Notes under the pieces: model-generated
The model's database searches: none
The model's input: only the letters and a program-made list of their open reading frames with translations
Told to the model about the DNA's origin: nothing
NCBI RefSeq assembly: GCF_008831285.2
Contig: NC_045138.2
Span: 37,262,001 to 37,326,000, forward strand
Length of the DNA: 64,000 nucleotides
Reading direction: 5' to 3'
Source of the DNA: Nymphaea colorata
Taxonomy: Eukaryota
Program-made: the position numbers and the translations under genes
Shown here: positions 1 to 13,839 of the stretch, piece by piece
How positions within the stretch are numbered: the first letter of the stretch is position 1
Layout: each line of letters begins with the position of its first letter

Positions 1-1907
1 CCGGTAGATATTGGAGTCTTCTCAAGCTATTTGTTTATTTTCTTTTAAAAGCATGTGCTCTAGTAAGTTAAGCTATATAAAAGTCTGAAAATTGAACATG
101 GTTCCAGGAATACTTGTAACTATCCATGGCTAAACTAAACTTAGCGTTCAAATAAAAGAGAACTAAAGTACTGCTTATGTTCCAAAGCAACTGGCGCTGT
201 CGAGCTTTTGGGATCGGAACCTAAGCACCCAATTCGTACATTAAACTACTCGATTAGTTTGTGATACCACTGTTTAGTACAACGTCCATACCTTTTGAAA
301 GTCGTTCTCATCATATCGTAATGTGGTTCAGAATGTGTTTAAAAGTTGCATGCAGATTGATTAAATCTGAAACTGAAAACCAAATTAGGATTGGATTCAG
401 ATATGGATACGGTATAAACTTTTCTTCATTCATATTCAAGTCTGGATATAGTTAAAATTAAGTATGTATTGAATAGACTAATCAAGCTCAGTAAAAAAGT
501 CAGCAAGTGAATTCGCTACGAACTCCGAAAGCATCAAATGAGCAAAAAACTTCGGATGAAAAGCATTCAAGCACGATAATCTCATAAAAAAGCTAATGGT
601 TTATGGTTAATTAAGTTTCAAAAGAAGACCTTTTATGGTTAAAAGGAGGAAAGAAAAGAGTGCTTCCAGATCGAAAGCTACACCATTTCCAGCCGCGTTT
701 GGGAATGTGAACACAAACACAATCTTCCAAAACTCTATGCCAAATAAAGCCTAACTGAAAACATGACCCTCACCCACCCACCTCAGGCGTTAAAAATATT
801 TATATGTTTAAAATTTGAAAAAAAATTCCAAAATTTATGTACTTGTGTTCCACAGTATCATGTTGTGTTATTTTGCAGTTTTCTTAGGATAAACAGAGAC
901 AAAAAATGGGGCAATATGGATTCAACATACTGGCCAATCAAATTAATTCTGATATACATCATTATGGTTGGATCCCATGGTCAAATCCAACACCACTTAA
1001 TTAGATTTTTAAGTTCAAAATATAAGAACATGAATTTATTAAGAAAAGCAAATTGCACAACCTCACAGTCATTTACATTCAAACGCTTGAGAAAATTTTA
1101 TTGCTAACATTGGGAAGTGGAACAATCGTGAATTTCCGGTTAGCTAAAATAGTGATAAATCCTATCAATAACATGGGTCCAATAGAAAGTCTGTCGGTTC
1201 CAAGTCTCCAGTGACGATTGATCTAATTAAAATCTTCTTTCAATTGAAAATGATAAGAGAATACGTACGTAGGTCGTTAGAGGGAGTTCAAATAAGGAGA
1301 TACAAATAGTATTATACCATCGAACTATCTTATTTCCTTTATGTGGAGAAGTGCAATTAAGGAACTTAGAGAATATTTCATGAAATTTTTTTAACCCATA
1401 TTTCAGCCTACGAATTGGTCATATCTTGTACAGTCTCTTTAGAAATCCAAATTTGAATCTCGACAAATATAACACAAATATGTGTCTTAGTTCTTTAAGA
1501 AAAAGCAAAATGTCACACCTTATAAATGAGGGCCTTATAACAGTCTTATACAAAAGTTATTCAAAAAATCTTCAAAAGTATATATATACTTGTTTTTCAT
1601 ACTACAAATTTCTATTGCTCGATGTGCAGAATCACATCCTTGTCAGGGCGGTGGTGGGCCGGTGTTGACGGGACTCACGAGAAACGCACAGCCAAAAGGA
1701 CTACTGAATTAGAGAACAAACTATAATGAGAATTCATCCTTCAACGAATTAGCCGATGGCGGAAGTCACGAAGAACGTACCACTGAACCAGTGACCAGCA
1801 GCTCATTATATATATATATAGACATGAGAACTGGTCTCCAAAGAGCTTACGCAGAAACTGCAGTTTCATTTGTTTGGCCTCCCACTTTCTTCCCTTACAG
1901 TGGAGCA

Positions 1908-3259
1908 ATGGACCAGAAAAAGAGCGTCCAAGAGAAGATGATGGAGATCATTGCACAGGCTAACGTGGGGAGTCTTGCCTGCTCCTACATGAAGAGCTAC
2001 TCGCTCAACGCCGTCATTGAGCTCGGCATAGCAGACATCATCCACAGCCATGGTCAGCCTCTCACCGCCTCTCAGTTGGTCGCCAAGATCCCCACCAGCT
2101 CCTCCGGCGACGTCCCACGCCTGGACCGTCTGATGGGCTTCTTGGTGCACGCCGGCGTCTTTGCCGAGGTGCGAAGGCTGACCAGTGAAGGATCGTCAGA
2201 AATTTCATATGGAATGACGCCGGTGTCTAGGCTGTTGCTAAGGGATGGCCCCCAAAGTCTGCTATCGAGTCTCCGGCTGATGCTCCATCCCTTGGTCGTT
2301 TCTTCTTGGGAAAACTTGCCAAATTGCTTCCGATCTGGGGAGGGCTACCCTACAGCCTTTGAGGGTAAGCATGGGGCGCCATTATGGACCAAGGCGAGCC
2401 TTGATCCTGCGTTCAACAAGCTGTTCAACGAGGCCATGTCTTGCTCCTCCAAACAGCTTCTGGTCAGGATGTTTGATGGGTGCGGACAAGTTTTTGAGGG
2501 TGTGAACTCACTTGTGGATGTTGGCGGTGGGAATGGAACCGTGGCTGCTTTCCTAGCCTACGCCTTCCCTAACATCAAGTGCATGGTGTTGGACCTGCCC
2601 CATGTCGTGGCTTCTTCGTCACCTCAACCTAATGTTGTCGCCATTGCAGGTGATATGTTTGAGTCGATACCACCAGCTGATGTAATCCTTCTCAAGGTAA
2701 TGTATGAGTTCATGCTGAAAAATACTAGTTACACTTCATTCTTTCTGAAGTCCATTATTCCATTGAACTTGTATGCTTGTTTTCTTGTTCAAATCTATGT
2801 GCATCCAAGCTTGTCAGTGACCGGAATGTCTTTTTAGTAGCTGGCAGTTTGGCTAGGTATAACAGGAAAATAACTTTTCAGAGAAGAAAATGAAGGCCAA
2901 TTCACTGGTCTTATACTTTGTGATTATCTGACTATGACCTTGTTTCGATTATTGGCTGTTTGAAGGAAGTTCTGCATCACTGGGATGACGAAAAGTGCGT
3001 GAAGATACTGAAACGTTGCAGGGAGTCTATCCCGAAACCAGGAGGGAAGGTGATCATTGTGGACATGGTGAGGACCAAGTGGCTCCATCCGACAATCGAT
3101 GAAATGCAGCTGATGCTCGATCTCCATATAATGGTAATGTTCAACGGCAAGGAACGCAATGAAGATGAATGGAAGAGGCTATTTGTTGGTGCAGGCTTCT
3201 CCAGCTATAAAATAGTTAAAACTGAGCGCGGACTCTCGCTTATAGAGGTTTTCCCTTAG
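1908..3259 (+). CDS. Plant SAM-dependent O-methyltransferase (COMT/IOMT-type), paralog 1; exons 1908-2696, 2966-3259; 360 aa
   Basis: ELGIADII dimerisation motif, VDVGGGNG SAM motif, DLPHV, GDMFESIP, K|EVLHHWDD, GGKVIIVD, GKER; phase-0 GT..AG intron 2697-2965; frame open across the splice. Confidence 0.95.
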
Positions 3260-6196
3260 GGGGGAAACCTCAGATCACCTCCTTAGCGCTTGGTAATGTA
3301 CTGAAATCCATGCACGAGACCGCATAGGTGGGTATTTATGTGGGAACAGTATGGGAGCGATCTCAGTTTTTCGTAGTTGCTGGTGCGCTAACTGGAATAA
3401 TCTCTTTCAGTTGCGCGTTGTTGTTCTGCAAGAAAATAAGTATTGTAGAAGTTTGCTTCATTTCTAATGAAAAGTACGCCGGAATCCTTTTTTTTTTTTT
3501 CCAGCAGGGTTGCATCGGATGCATTGAGCAGTTTCCAACTGAGGCATTAGATGAACTAAAACTCTCTGATATCTTGATTATTGTCATCTGCAGATTCCGT
3601 GATTAGTTACAGAAAATAGATCAGTACTTGAACTGCCAAAATCCGTTTCAAATTAAGCAGGCATCAGGCGTACGTCTGTATCAATTACGGGTGGTCTCAT
3701 AATCCACTGTATTAAAAATAAGAATCTCAGGTCAGCTTTCCTTGTAAGTTGAAGCTTGATGTATCTATATATTGAGTTAGAGATCAGGTGTATCCAATAG
3801 GGCTTTAAGACTGAGTTTTCCACTCCATAAGAACTTGGGTCCTGGGAATTTCTTAGGAAAGTCCATCACAACAATCTGGAAATATTCCTTTCAAGATCTA
3901 TACTTAGGAATCACATTGAAGCACTACCCACAAAATCTTTTTAAGATTAATTGCTGGGCCCTGATGACAGATCTAGTATTCGGGGATCCAACAGACCAAA
4001 AAGCTCCTTAAAAAGGACAACCTCCATACAAAAATGAGAATGAAATGACAGCATCTGAAGGCAAAAAAGCCCTTAGGGAAGCATTTGAAAGTGAAAAAAC
4101 AAAATGAGCGATTGCTGTGAGAGGGTAGAATATGAAGCAGTATGGTCTCCAAACGATTTTGATTGTGATGCTGATTTGATTCACCAATTCACGGCATGAT
4201 TCAATTTCCCGATTCGATTGAAAACCCGATTTTGATAATGTTGCTTTTTTTCTTCTTCTTTCTTGGAATTGTATATAATTAGTTTAGCCATGTAGGCTGT
4301 AGGTATGGTCCTTGGTTTGATTGAGTCAATAATGACAACACGTTAAAACTAATAGATCATGGTTTCAGTGTCGTTTCGATGATGCAGATCGCTTCTTCCC
4401 GTTCAAAGTGTGTCAATTTTCAGTTCATTATATTGAATGACAACGCTTGTGTGTAAGTTTCATAGATCCAATTTCTTATTCAAGATTGCTTCGTGTTTTC
4501 CTGTGATTTTTTTTTTTTTGGGGTGAAGATGAAGATTTCCAGGCCAATGTTTGAAGGACATAAGCTCTTTAGGCAGAAACCCAATTTAACCACGAATGTT
4601 TATTTTTTATGGCATTCCGAATGCTTTTTATCCTAGGAAATTTTGGTCCTTTTTTTTCTTCCTTTGGAAGTCTTCTTTCGACTGAGCTTGCGTAATCTAT
4701 TCAATCGATACATGATGGATATAAGGAAAAATTCTCCCTCATAAGGGATGTGAATGGTGGTTATGCATGTCATTCGAATTGGATATGTGACCAAACCTCT
4801 TCAAAAATATCAGATATGGAGAATTTCAACATCTAAGTAGGAAATAAGATGGAATTGAATTTAAGATATGACATCCAATCGGATTCATATTTAGTTTTAA
4901 ATAAATATTGAGATTTGGACCCATCTTCTATTCAATCGGACTGCATTGATAGGTGGTCCGTTCCAGTACCAAAAATAATAAAAATAATAAATTAAGGAAC
5001 TTGTCCTAGATAGTCAGCCTACTATTTTGATGAGCCCTAAAAGCAACATTATATTCATTTTCGAACACAGAAAAATGTAAGTACCCAAACTGAAACTACT
5101 AAAAAAGCAATCAGCTAATTAATCTAATTGGTGACGTCAGCAGATCACTTTAGGTGGCCAATTTCTGCAACGCCGCGACAGCGGAGTTGATGAGATTCCT
5201 CCACAAAAAGAGATGTCGACGCAGGTGAGCTTCGTCTCAGAGACGCCGCCCGATTTGGATAACCCTGAGGAATCGGGGCAGGTTCCGACGGAGAAAGAGG
5301 CGGCCGACGAGGGAGCTGCTCGATCTGTCCTAGTTTTGCCTTCTCTTGATGGTTTTATGTAAATAGAAGATCGCATTATCTTTTGTTTGTTGTTGCTGAG
5401 AATGTGGACAGCAGATCCTATCGAACATATCGTTGAATACCTTAGAAGCAGCTAGAACGAAAAGCAAAAGTCATATACAGTCATGAAGCAGTCAGGTCAA
5501 AGCTATTTGCTCATCCATAAATGTTTTAAGTTCACAGATTTTATTTGACGCTTTATCTCTTAAGATTCTTGGAGATTCTCTATGCTTGTGAACGAATGTT
5601 TATACAAAGGACTTCCTTTCACTGCTGAATGTTTGCTCATTGAAGGAATTCCCTGCTTCGCTTGATGTGCAGTTTTGTAGAAGATAGAAGATCCAGGTTT
5701 AACGAGACTTCTCATTTCTCCAGAACCATCTAACAAGAAGTTGGTTGTGGAGGCTATTCCATTCTTCTTCATCTAATTGTTGCTGACAAAGACACATGAT
5801 CAACCCATCGCATGAATAGAAGGTCCTTGTTATGTTCCCCGCCAACCCCTTACAGCGGCGTAGTGCGATGATAATATTTGTCCATACGTTTTTATCATTC
5901 ATTAAGTGATTCCTTTAATTAACATTATGACATAATACCAACTCCTATTTTTATTTTTGATCTAGTGCATGTAGCTTAAATTTTCATTCTTTATTTTTGT
6001 TATGAGCACCTTTATTTGCTTTTCTTCTTTATGAAATCAATCTTTTCCAAGTGGAAGTGTTGATAACTACTATAAAGACAAGCACATGTTAACTTCTTTA
6101 TAACAACGATTTGGGACCAAAATACTCCAAAATCCGCTGTTAAGTTTTAAAATTCGAAAATAGATTCAATTGACAATGTTTTTCTTAGTCCTGCAG

Positions 6197-6669
6197 ATGT
6201 CAGACAAGGTAAATAACTTTGAAGCTGTTCTGCTGTGTAGCGGCCTTGAAAAATGATTTAAGAAACCCTAGTGAATGATCAGCCTCTTAATAACTTAAGA
6301 AATGTTATGAGCCAATATTTTATGACGGATGTTGTAGAAGAAAATGGGGTGTGTGCATGGTTTTGTATGAAACTCTTGTATTATGTCTTCTATTTTTATG
6401 GATCTCATTTTTCAACTATTGTGCTAAATGATTACTTGCAAAGTTGAGAATTTAACTTTCCTTTTGTGTAGGATGGCATTGTGCAGTGTTGCTATTGGGA
6501 ATCAGGCCATCCATATGACTTATGGCGGTCAAGAAGCTGATGCTATTCCTCCTGATGTCTTGCTACTGTCGATTCTTGAATGCTCTGATAACAACCTATG
6601 GGCTTATTGCCTTAATGAGCTTGTCAAGTATGTAACTGAGCTTTGCCCAAGTTTTGTTGAGGAGGCAAT
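6197..6669 (+). pseudogene. Two-exon fragment of a plant furry/TAO3-like (cell morphogenesis, ARM-repeat) gene; exons ~6197-6348 and 6472-6669, frameshifted
   Basis: Translates to ...DVVEENG|DGIVQCCYWESGHPYDL..EADAIPPDVLLLSILE..WAYCLNELVKYVTELCPSFVEEA, recalling plant furry homologs (DVLEENGDDIVQSCYWDSGRP.DL..DAIP.DVTLQSI..W.RCLSELVKYAAELCP); GT/AG intron 6349-6471; no start or remaining exons seen. Confidence 0.7.
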
Positions 6670-7790
6670 GTAGGAAAATGAAATTTTACTTTTGTTCTGT
6701 CAGAATGGTGTCTGATTTGTGATTGTATCCAAGGATGTCTTCTTAGCTGCAACTTTGTTATGCTTTTGCTATAGCAGATTTTGTTTGTCAGATGGTGAAG
6801 TTTGACAAACAGATTCTTTTCTCAAATTTGAGGTGGTCTATTCTTGTTAGTTACGAAATAACCATTACTTAGAATTTGACAAACATATACTTTTTTGTAT
6901 TGTTCTAGATAAGTATCTTTAGAAACATTAAGACCAACTGAACTTGACACTCACATCATTATGACAAGGTGGGACCAATGTGATATCGTAGGAAATGAAA
7001 AGATACATCAATGGATCTTTCTGGTCGAAAACTATAAGAGATGCAAAAATATATTAGGTTTAAGAAAATCTAAGATATGGCTGAAAATGCTAAGGGAGGA
7101 CAATTTCCTAAACTGGAACAACATATGAAGAGAAAACGATCTCTCTCTCGAGCTCTTACATGTATGTGTACATATGTACTCTTTTGCTTCACTATTTTCT
7201 AATAATTAATTGCCTGCAGGGTAAGTAAATCTGATGGGAATGTTTCTCGGAAGATTTATTCCCGTCTCTTACATATATTCCTATCCTTTATAATAAACAA
7301 AAGATTATACAGAGTAAGCTTTTGTATATGCATACTACCAAGCTCCTGTTCATAAACATAATACGGTAGGCAATATCTCTCTCTCTCTTTCTCTTTCTCT
7401 CCCCGATATATATATCTCCTCTCCTCCAGTATAACGGGTGGCAAATACAGGGGTGCCATGTGAAATATTTTTTTTCCATCTTTGTGTTTTTTTTTTTCAA
7501 AACACTTCTTATTATTATTAATTTTTATGCAGATTTTTTCAGACAATTCTTTGGCAATAACGCTCAAAGAGTTACGATATGCCCCTGGAGATCATATGGC
7601 AAACACTCAATACTTATTTTATTGTAGTACGATAACACACTCGAATAGCTAATTCAAGTTGGCGCTCCAGCAACGATGAAATTGAGATCAGTCTCCTAGT
7701 GTTCTTCGCAACATGCACCTGGAGATGTGGTCCGGGAAGTGCTTCACATTAACAAGCAACCACACTTAGTGAGCTGATCTATGCTCCCAA

Positions 7791-9079
7791 CTAAGGGAAG
7801 ACCTCTATGACAGCGTGCGCCCCCAAGCTGGTAACTATTTTATAGCCGGAGAAGCCAGCATCCGTAAACAACTTGTTCCATTCCTCTTCACTGCGTTCCT
7901 TGCCATTGTGCATTACCATCATATGGAGATCAAGCATCAGTTGCACTTCATCAAATACTTGATCAGCACATTTCTTCCTCACTACGTCCACAACGATCAC
8001 CTTCCCTCCTCGTTTCGGAATGGCTTCCTTGCACCGTGCCAGTATCTTGATGCACATTTTATCATCCCAATCATGCAAAATTTCCTTCAAACAGAGAATC
8101 ATTGAATTAAGATCATGGTCAGAGAATAATACATCCTTTTCTTCTGTAAGATGGGTATTTCTTTTATCTTTGCACTTCAAAATGAAAAAAAAAAAAAGAC
8201 AGAACACAAAGTCTCTGTCCGCTTGACCAGCAGGTTTAGCTGAAGGTGAAGGATGTCAGCATGAACTGGTGTGCAAGAATATATTACCTTGAGAAGGACT
8301 GCATCTGCTGGTGGAACAGACTCGAACATATCACCTCCAATGGCGACAACGTTAGGTAGTTGCAGTGGTGATGAAGCGACAACATGAGGTAAGTCCAAAA
8401 CCATGCATTTGATGTGTGGGAAGGCATTGGCTATGACCGAAGTCAGGGTCCCAATTCCACCCCCAACATCCACGAGTGATCTCACACCCTCAAAAACTTC
8501 ACTGCACCCTGCAATCATCCTACCTGCAGACAGATTAGAAGTAGAGGACATGGCGTCATTGAATACCTTGTTTATCGCAGCATCAGTGCTCGCCTTGATC
8601 CAGAATGGCTCCCCATGCTTGGCCTCAAAGGCTGTAGGGCAACCCTCCTCCGATCGGAACCAAGCGCCCAAGTTGTCCCATGCAGCGACCGCCAGCGGAT
8701 GGAGACTCAGCATGGCAAGTGGTATAAAACAATGTGGGTTATCCCTTACCAGCAGGCTCGACACTGGTGTCAATCCATACGAAACCTCTTCAGCTCCTTC
8801 ACCGGCCGGTTTTCGCACTTGGGCGAACACACCGGTGTACACTAGAAAGCGCATCAGGCGATCGAGGCACGAAACGTCAACCGTGGAGCTGATTGGGATC
8901 TTGGCCGCCAATTGAGAAGCAGTGAGTGGCCGGCCATGCCTGTGGATGATGTCTGCTATCCCAAGCTCAATGGCCGCCTTGAGCGAGAAGCTCTTCATGT
9001 AGGAGCCGGTAACGCGCCCCGCGTTGCCTTGTGCCATGACATCCATATTCCTCCCTTGGGCATCCAACTTTTGTTCCAT
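7791..9079 (-). CDS. O-methyltransferase paralog 2; exons 9079-8288, 8084-7791; 361 aa
   Basis: VDVGGGIG, DLPHV, GDMFESVP, K|EILHDWDD, GKER; intron 8287-8085 GT..AG; open frame. Confidence 0.95.
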
Positions 9080-11010
9080 CACCCCGCTACAAGGAAGGGA
9101 AGAATTTGAAAACAGTCACAGTGGGGCGATTTGTAGACACGAGCTGCTGAGAAGCCACTTCTTATGCAATGCATAAGATCTGACATATATATATATATAT
9201 ATTCGCACCATTAATGGAGGTATCATGCATGTAAAGATGGCCGCTGTAGGAGTACCTTGTCGCTTCCGAAGATATATGTATTTCGATGCCGACGAAATAT
9301 ATATCTTCGACACCGACAAGGTTCGTTAGCGGTACTCCATCTTTACCTGACCTAATACGAGTACAATCATTACCTCCATTAATGGTGCGGCTCGAAGGGC
9401 AATAGACGATCCTCGTGACTTCCGTCAGGGCGCGGCCCACCGGCAGGTGTGTAAATGAATAGAATACATTCTTATTAATGCAGCTTGGTCACTATTTCGG
9501 AAGTATGTTCATCGGGAATTCCGTCAAGGTAGGATGGGAACTCATCAATTCAGAATCTTGTTCTTGATCGCACGGTATTTCAATAAAACGTTCCTCCCCT
9601 TTACGTCCCGGTAGCTACCACCACGTTTCCATGGGATTTTGGGGTATTCTAGGCATTTTTGAAAAAGAAATGAATGTTTTCAGAATTTAATTTTTCTTTA
9701 AACTTCCATTTTAATTTGTTTTTTTGGGCGGCCTTTTTCTATTTGATAGGAGAGGAGTGTTTTGGTCATGTCACTTCTCATCCCATTAGGAGTATTCATG
9801 TACTCAGTTATATTTTTTTAACTAGCTAAGCTCGCTTATTATTTTAGAAAAGAACAAGAATGCATGTGCTGAACCTTCTTAGAGAAGAAAAGAATGCACT
9901 CTTAATTGTGATTTTCTTTTATGATCTTCAAATACCATTCCCTTCAACTCTGCCTCAACTCCTTCAATAGTTTGGGCATGTATATATAACAAAAGTAGAC
10001 GAGTCTTTTTTGCAAGAAAATTGTGAATGTAAGATCATGGCAGATGATATCCATGCAACAACTTGAGAAGGTAGAGTAGGTGGCACTTAAGGTCATCCAA
10101 ATCTTGGAGATTGAGTTGCATGCACACCTTGAAACAAATATACACCAAGGAAGGTATTTAGAAATTTTATAAAGCTATGTACATTTTAGTCTTTTAATAT
10201 TTTTCATTTTAATATTTCAAAAAGTCTTCTTTTTTTTTTTTCACTTTTAGTAGAGTGCTTTCATCATCACACCCGCTTGCATAGGGAACGTGTACGAAAC
10301 CAGCTTCGATCGTTATGGTCCACTCCACATATAAAAATGTCTCTATTGGTCACGTGATGTCTTAGATGTCAAAATAGTGGACAAATTGCATCGTTCGTCA
10401 TGTCCTAATCGTGGGTAAGATGTCGAAAAGACAAGAAAATAAGTCATGATAAAAGTGAGAATAAGAGAAAAATAAAGAGAGACAGAGAGACCATTGTGTA
10501 ACTGGGCTTGAGGTTGTGTTAGGGCAGTAATATTACTACTAAAGAGTATTGCATAGTTGCACAATTTGGCAGGTTCGTATAAATACAATTGTTAGTTTGA
10601 TTTCTGTGCGGGTGCAATGTTTACACCTTACTTAAGTTTATGAGTGTCTCATTGATATGGTGGGCAAGACCTAACGAAACAATAATTGAACGAAACAATA
10701 ATTGAAAAGATACTCAACTTTCTAACACATGTTGGAGGCGTAAAGGGGGAGCAAGATCATTCTAATTAAGGGGCACATGTATAAAATTTTAAATTTTAAG
10801 ATGCACTAACATGTTTATTAAACTTGTGCACCCGGCCGAACCGCCGCCAAGTACCCGTTAATAATCGGGCCAGGTAGTCTTGGACATAAACTCATGCCCA
10901 AGGCCAAATATTTTATCAGCCCGGCCACCGCCCGAATGTAAATGGAAGAAAAATTGTTCAAGAATATCAATATAAAATAAAAAGTTTTTTAAAGTATGAG
11001 TAAGTTATTG

Positions 11011-11725
11011 ACCCGCACCAACCTCCCCCATTAATTTAGTATTAATAATATTAGGCAGTTCTAGTATGCATGGTTGGGCGTCAGATCGTCAACTCCAACG
11101 CATGAGGGTCGGCTTTGTTTGGCATAGAGTTTTGGAAGATCTAGTTTTTGTCGGCATCCCGAAAACGCTGTCACTTTCCTTTGTAGATGCAGTCTTCTTG
11201 TCCTTTCCTCCTTTTAAACTCTTAAGAGGTCCTCTTTTGATTTGAGGTTCAAATCGTAAATATCTATTGTTTTTTTTTTTTTTTTTATGAGATTGACATG
11301 CCCTGAATAATTTCCATCCCAAGATTTAGGTCCTTTTTCTTTTTGCAGATATTCATCTGCCCGCAGCGCTTTTTTCTTTCTTTACTACTTAAGGTCGCTT
11401 TGTCTGCTTTGTCGGTAGATGATGGTTAGGATGTGAATGGTTGAGATAATGTAGGTTGAGACCATGGTCATTAAAGAGAAAACGATGTCAGATTTAAATT
11501 AAAATTTAAACATTGGGTTTGGATTTGATTTTGAATAAGTTTCTTATGTCCCAGTCCAACATCCATTTTGAAAGTGGCAATATAAAAAAAAAATTATCCG
11601 ATTTAGTGGCACATTTAAAAGGTTCTGCTTCCGATGTCAATTTCAAAGCAGGATTTGGGCCAGATTCAATTTTGAAAATCAAATTTTAAATTTAGATATG
11701 GGACAGACTTCTCTATTTGCATTTA
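11011..11725. repeat. Dispersed direct repeat (MITE-derived), second copy at ~16642-16998; this copy has a ~390 bp interruption
   Basis: acccgcacc..ttaatttagtat..aatattaggca..catggttgg..tcagatcg and the following gatttgattttgaataagtttcttat block occur in the same order at both places. Confidence 0.7.
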
Positions 11726-12436
11726 ACAAAAATAAAAAATTTGTTCTGCAATCGAAGTAGAAATCATTACCCTCAGAAACATGGGGTTTTGTTTTCTGTT
11801 GGCCAATTACATAGTTAGTGATGAGTCAGTTCCAAGATTCATTAACCGAGAAAACCTCAGAATCTTCCAAGAAATAGAATTTTTGTTGCCAAGTAAACTC
11901 TTTTAAGCAGTGAACCAGTTTTCAGTTGATCCAAGTCCAAATCACAAGTTTGCCAACCATAGGGCTCTATTGGATCTGCCATAACATGCAAAAAAAAGGG
12001 GCTGCAATAACGCTGACTTCTCTGCTGCCATTGTGCTCTATTGGGAGCGAGTAAAAAGCTTAAGCTGAAACAAATCAATAAATAAACCTGAATCGTGCAA
12101 ACCTGCTCAAAGGAAATGCAGCAGCGAAGTCTTTAGCAAATCCCCAAGTAAGAGACAACACAAACTAGCTACACCATGCTGCTCAGAGAACTACCAGTAG
12201 AGACCTAAGCTCATCAAACCAACGACCTTTTCCACCGAATATGGGACGGAGATAAAGGCCACGGAGGAGAAAAGGGACCTGTGGGCATGATAAATTAAAC
12301 ACTAGAAATCAGTGCACGGCGCACCAGTCCCATAACTTCCAGTGCTACCAAAACAACAACATACCACAGTCATCTATCACAGCCAATCTCCTCATGTTCC
12401 ACCCGTCTTCTTACTAACAAGAATGCAAAAAACCTA

Positions 12437-12685
12437 TTTAGAGTTACTTCGAGATCTGAGTGATCCTATGGTACAAGCCATCAACTCAATCGTCATGTAT
12501 ACCACCGTTATCAATCCCAAAAAATAACCATCCACGACAATCAAACAAAGAATGTGTTGAGGGTTTAGAGTTACTTTGAGATCTGAATGTTTTTATGGTA
12601 CAAGCCTTCAACTCAATGATCGCGTATACCACAGTTAGCAATCCAAAAAATAGCATCGACTACTATCAAACGGAGAATGTGTTGA
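12437..12685. repeat. Two-copy tandem repeat, ~127 bp unit
   Basis: tttagagttactt.gagatctga...agaatgtgttga at 12437-12560 and 12564-12685. Confidence 0.8.
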
Positions 12686-13839
12686 CAACATGCTACTCAA
12701 GTTAACCATTTATACCATGCAAGTTTCAAGAACAGAACAAGAACACTTTCTTGAACCAGGTTTGCTGTCTTATCCGTCCTGAGCATTCCCTCAAGTAATC
12801 GTTGAGCTTCTTGTTTTACGCCCAATTCATCTACACCTTTTCCTCAATTTTTGTAAGTTTTCCAGCCGATGTACCGACAGTTCTCTTGCATTCGCTCTTG
12901 CTATTCCACATCACCTGCACGGGGAAGGTGTGGCATAAAAAAAAATATTTCACAAAAATACTTTTAGAGGTCGTTTGTTTGATGGCCACATGACAAGCGA
13001 AACAGGACAAGTGTGTCCTGTCTATCTAATCCATTTTTTCATCAAACGCTGTCCACAGGGCTAACCCTCGGAACAGACAGGACAGAACACTATTCCTCCC
13101 CGCCCCCAACGACCAAGAGCCCCGACCCCGAGCCCTCGACGCCATCTCCTTCTCCTCCACCTCCGCCCTCATAGACTCTCCCTTTCCACTGTTCTACACC
13201 TTTCTCCCTTGCTCTCTATTACTTCTTCCTCCATTCCATCAACCGACGGTCGTGCAATTACCTCGTTGCTGCAAGTTCATCGCTGGGTGAATAGCCTTTT
13301 CCAGGTGAGGTCTGGTTCTCTTTTTTCGTTTTCTCTCTTGCTCCCTCCTTCTTGTCTCTGATTTGCAGTAACTAGGGTTTTTATCCTCGCCCCGTAGCCC
13401 CCCGTCTTCCTTGCCCCTCACGCTTCTTCACCCTCCCTCAATTTCTCGCCTCCTTCAAGCGTGCAGTTGATTGAAGATGCCCCTTGACCTAAGCAATCTG
13501 CCCGTTCCATAGGTTAGTCCTGCCCGTTCCATAGGTTAGTCCCCGTCTAACGACTGCTTCTCCATTGTAGGATTTGGCCTTGACCTCTACATTCAAACAT
13601 CTTTTTTAGGGGCTTTTGAATGAAAATCGTGTTGTATTACTGTCTGCAATGTGTTTGTATGTCTCACCTCTGGCATTAGTTTACACCTGTTGTTTTACTC
13701 TTTGAGTTGTTCTTGAGGAAAGCCGCCTGGCAGTAGTAGGAAAAATTGTTCTTCAGTTTAAGTTGCTTTATTCTTTGAATGTAAGACGTTAGCAACTGGT
13801 TAGGCCACTCTGTGTCATCTGGGGTACAGGGCCTATTGT

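Noticed and set aside
1791..1907. 39-aa N-terminal extension of OMT1 in the ORF track
   Set aside because: Starts at GTG and runs through a TATA-like (TA)n tract; paralog alignment puts the start at ATG 1908
3790..3980. Possible LINE reverse-transcriptase trace (IPFK..YLGITL); similar weak trace at ~41920-42180 on the minus strand
   Set aside because: Only a few residues across frameshifts; not supportable without a profile search
5560..5880. Exon-like sequence and short ORFs
   Set aside because: No recognisable family in any frame I could read
8403..8915. Antisense ORFs over OMT exons (also 19656-20030, 23573-23815, 37694-38206 and within the TPR-DnaJ exon 1)
   Set aside because: Shadow frames of GC-rich coding sequence; their similarity across paralogs just mirrors the sense strand
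12750..12920. Faint MADS K-box-like peptide on the minus strand (RLENLQK..DELGVK..RLLE)
   Set aside because: Needs several frameshifts; coiled-coil-like composition can arise by chance
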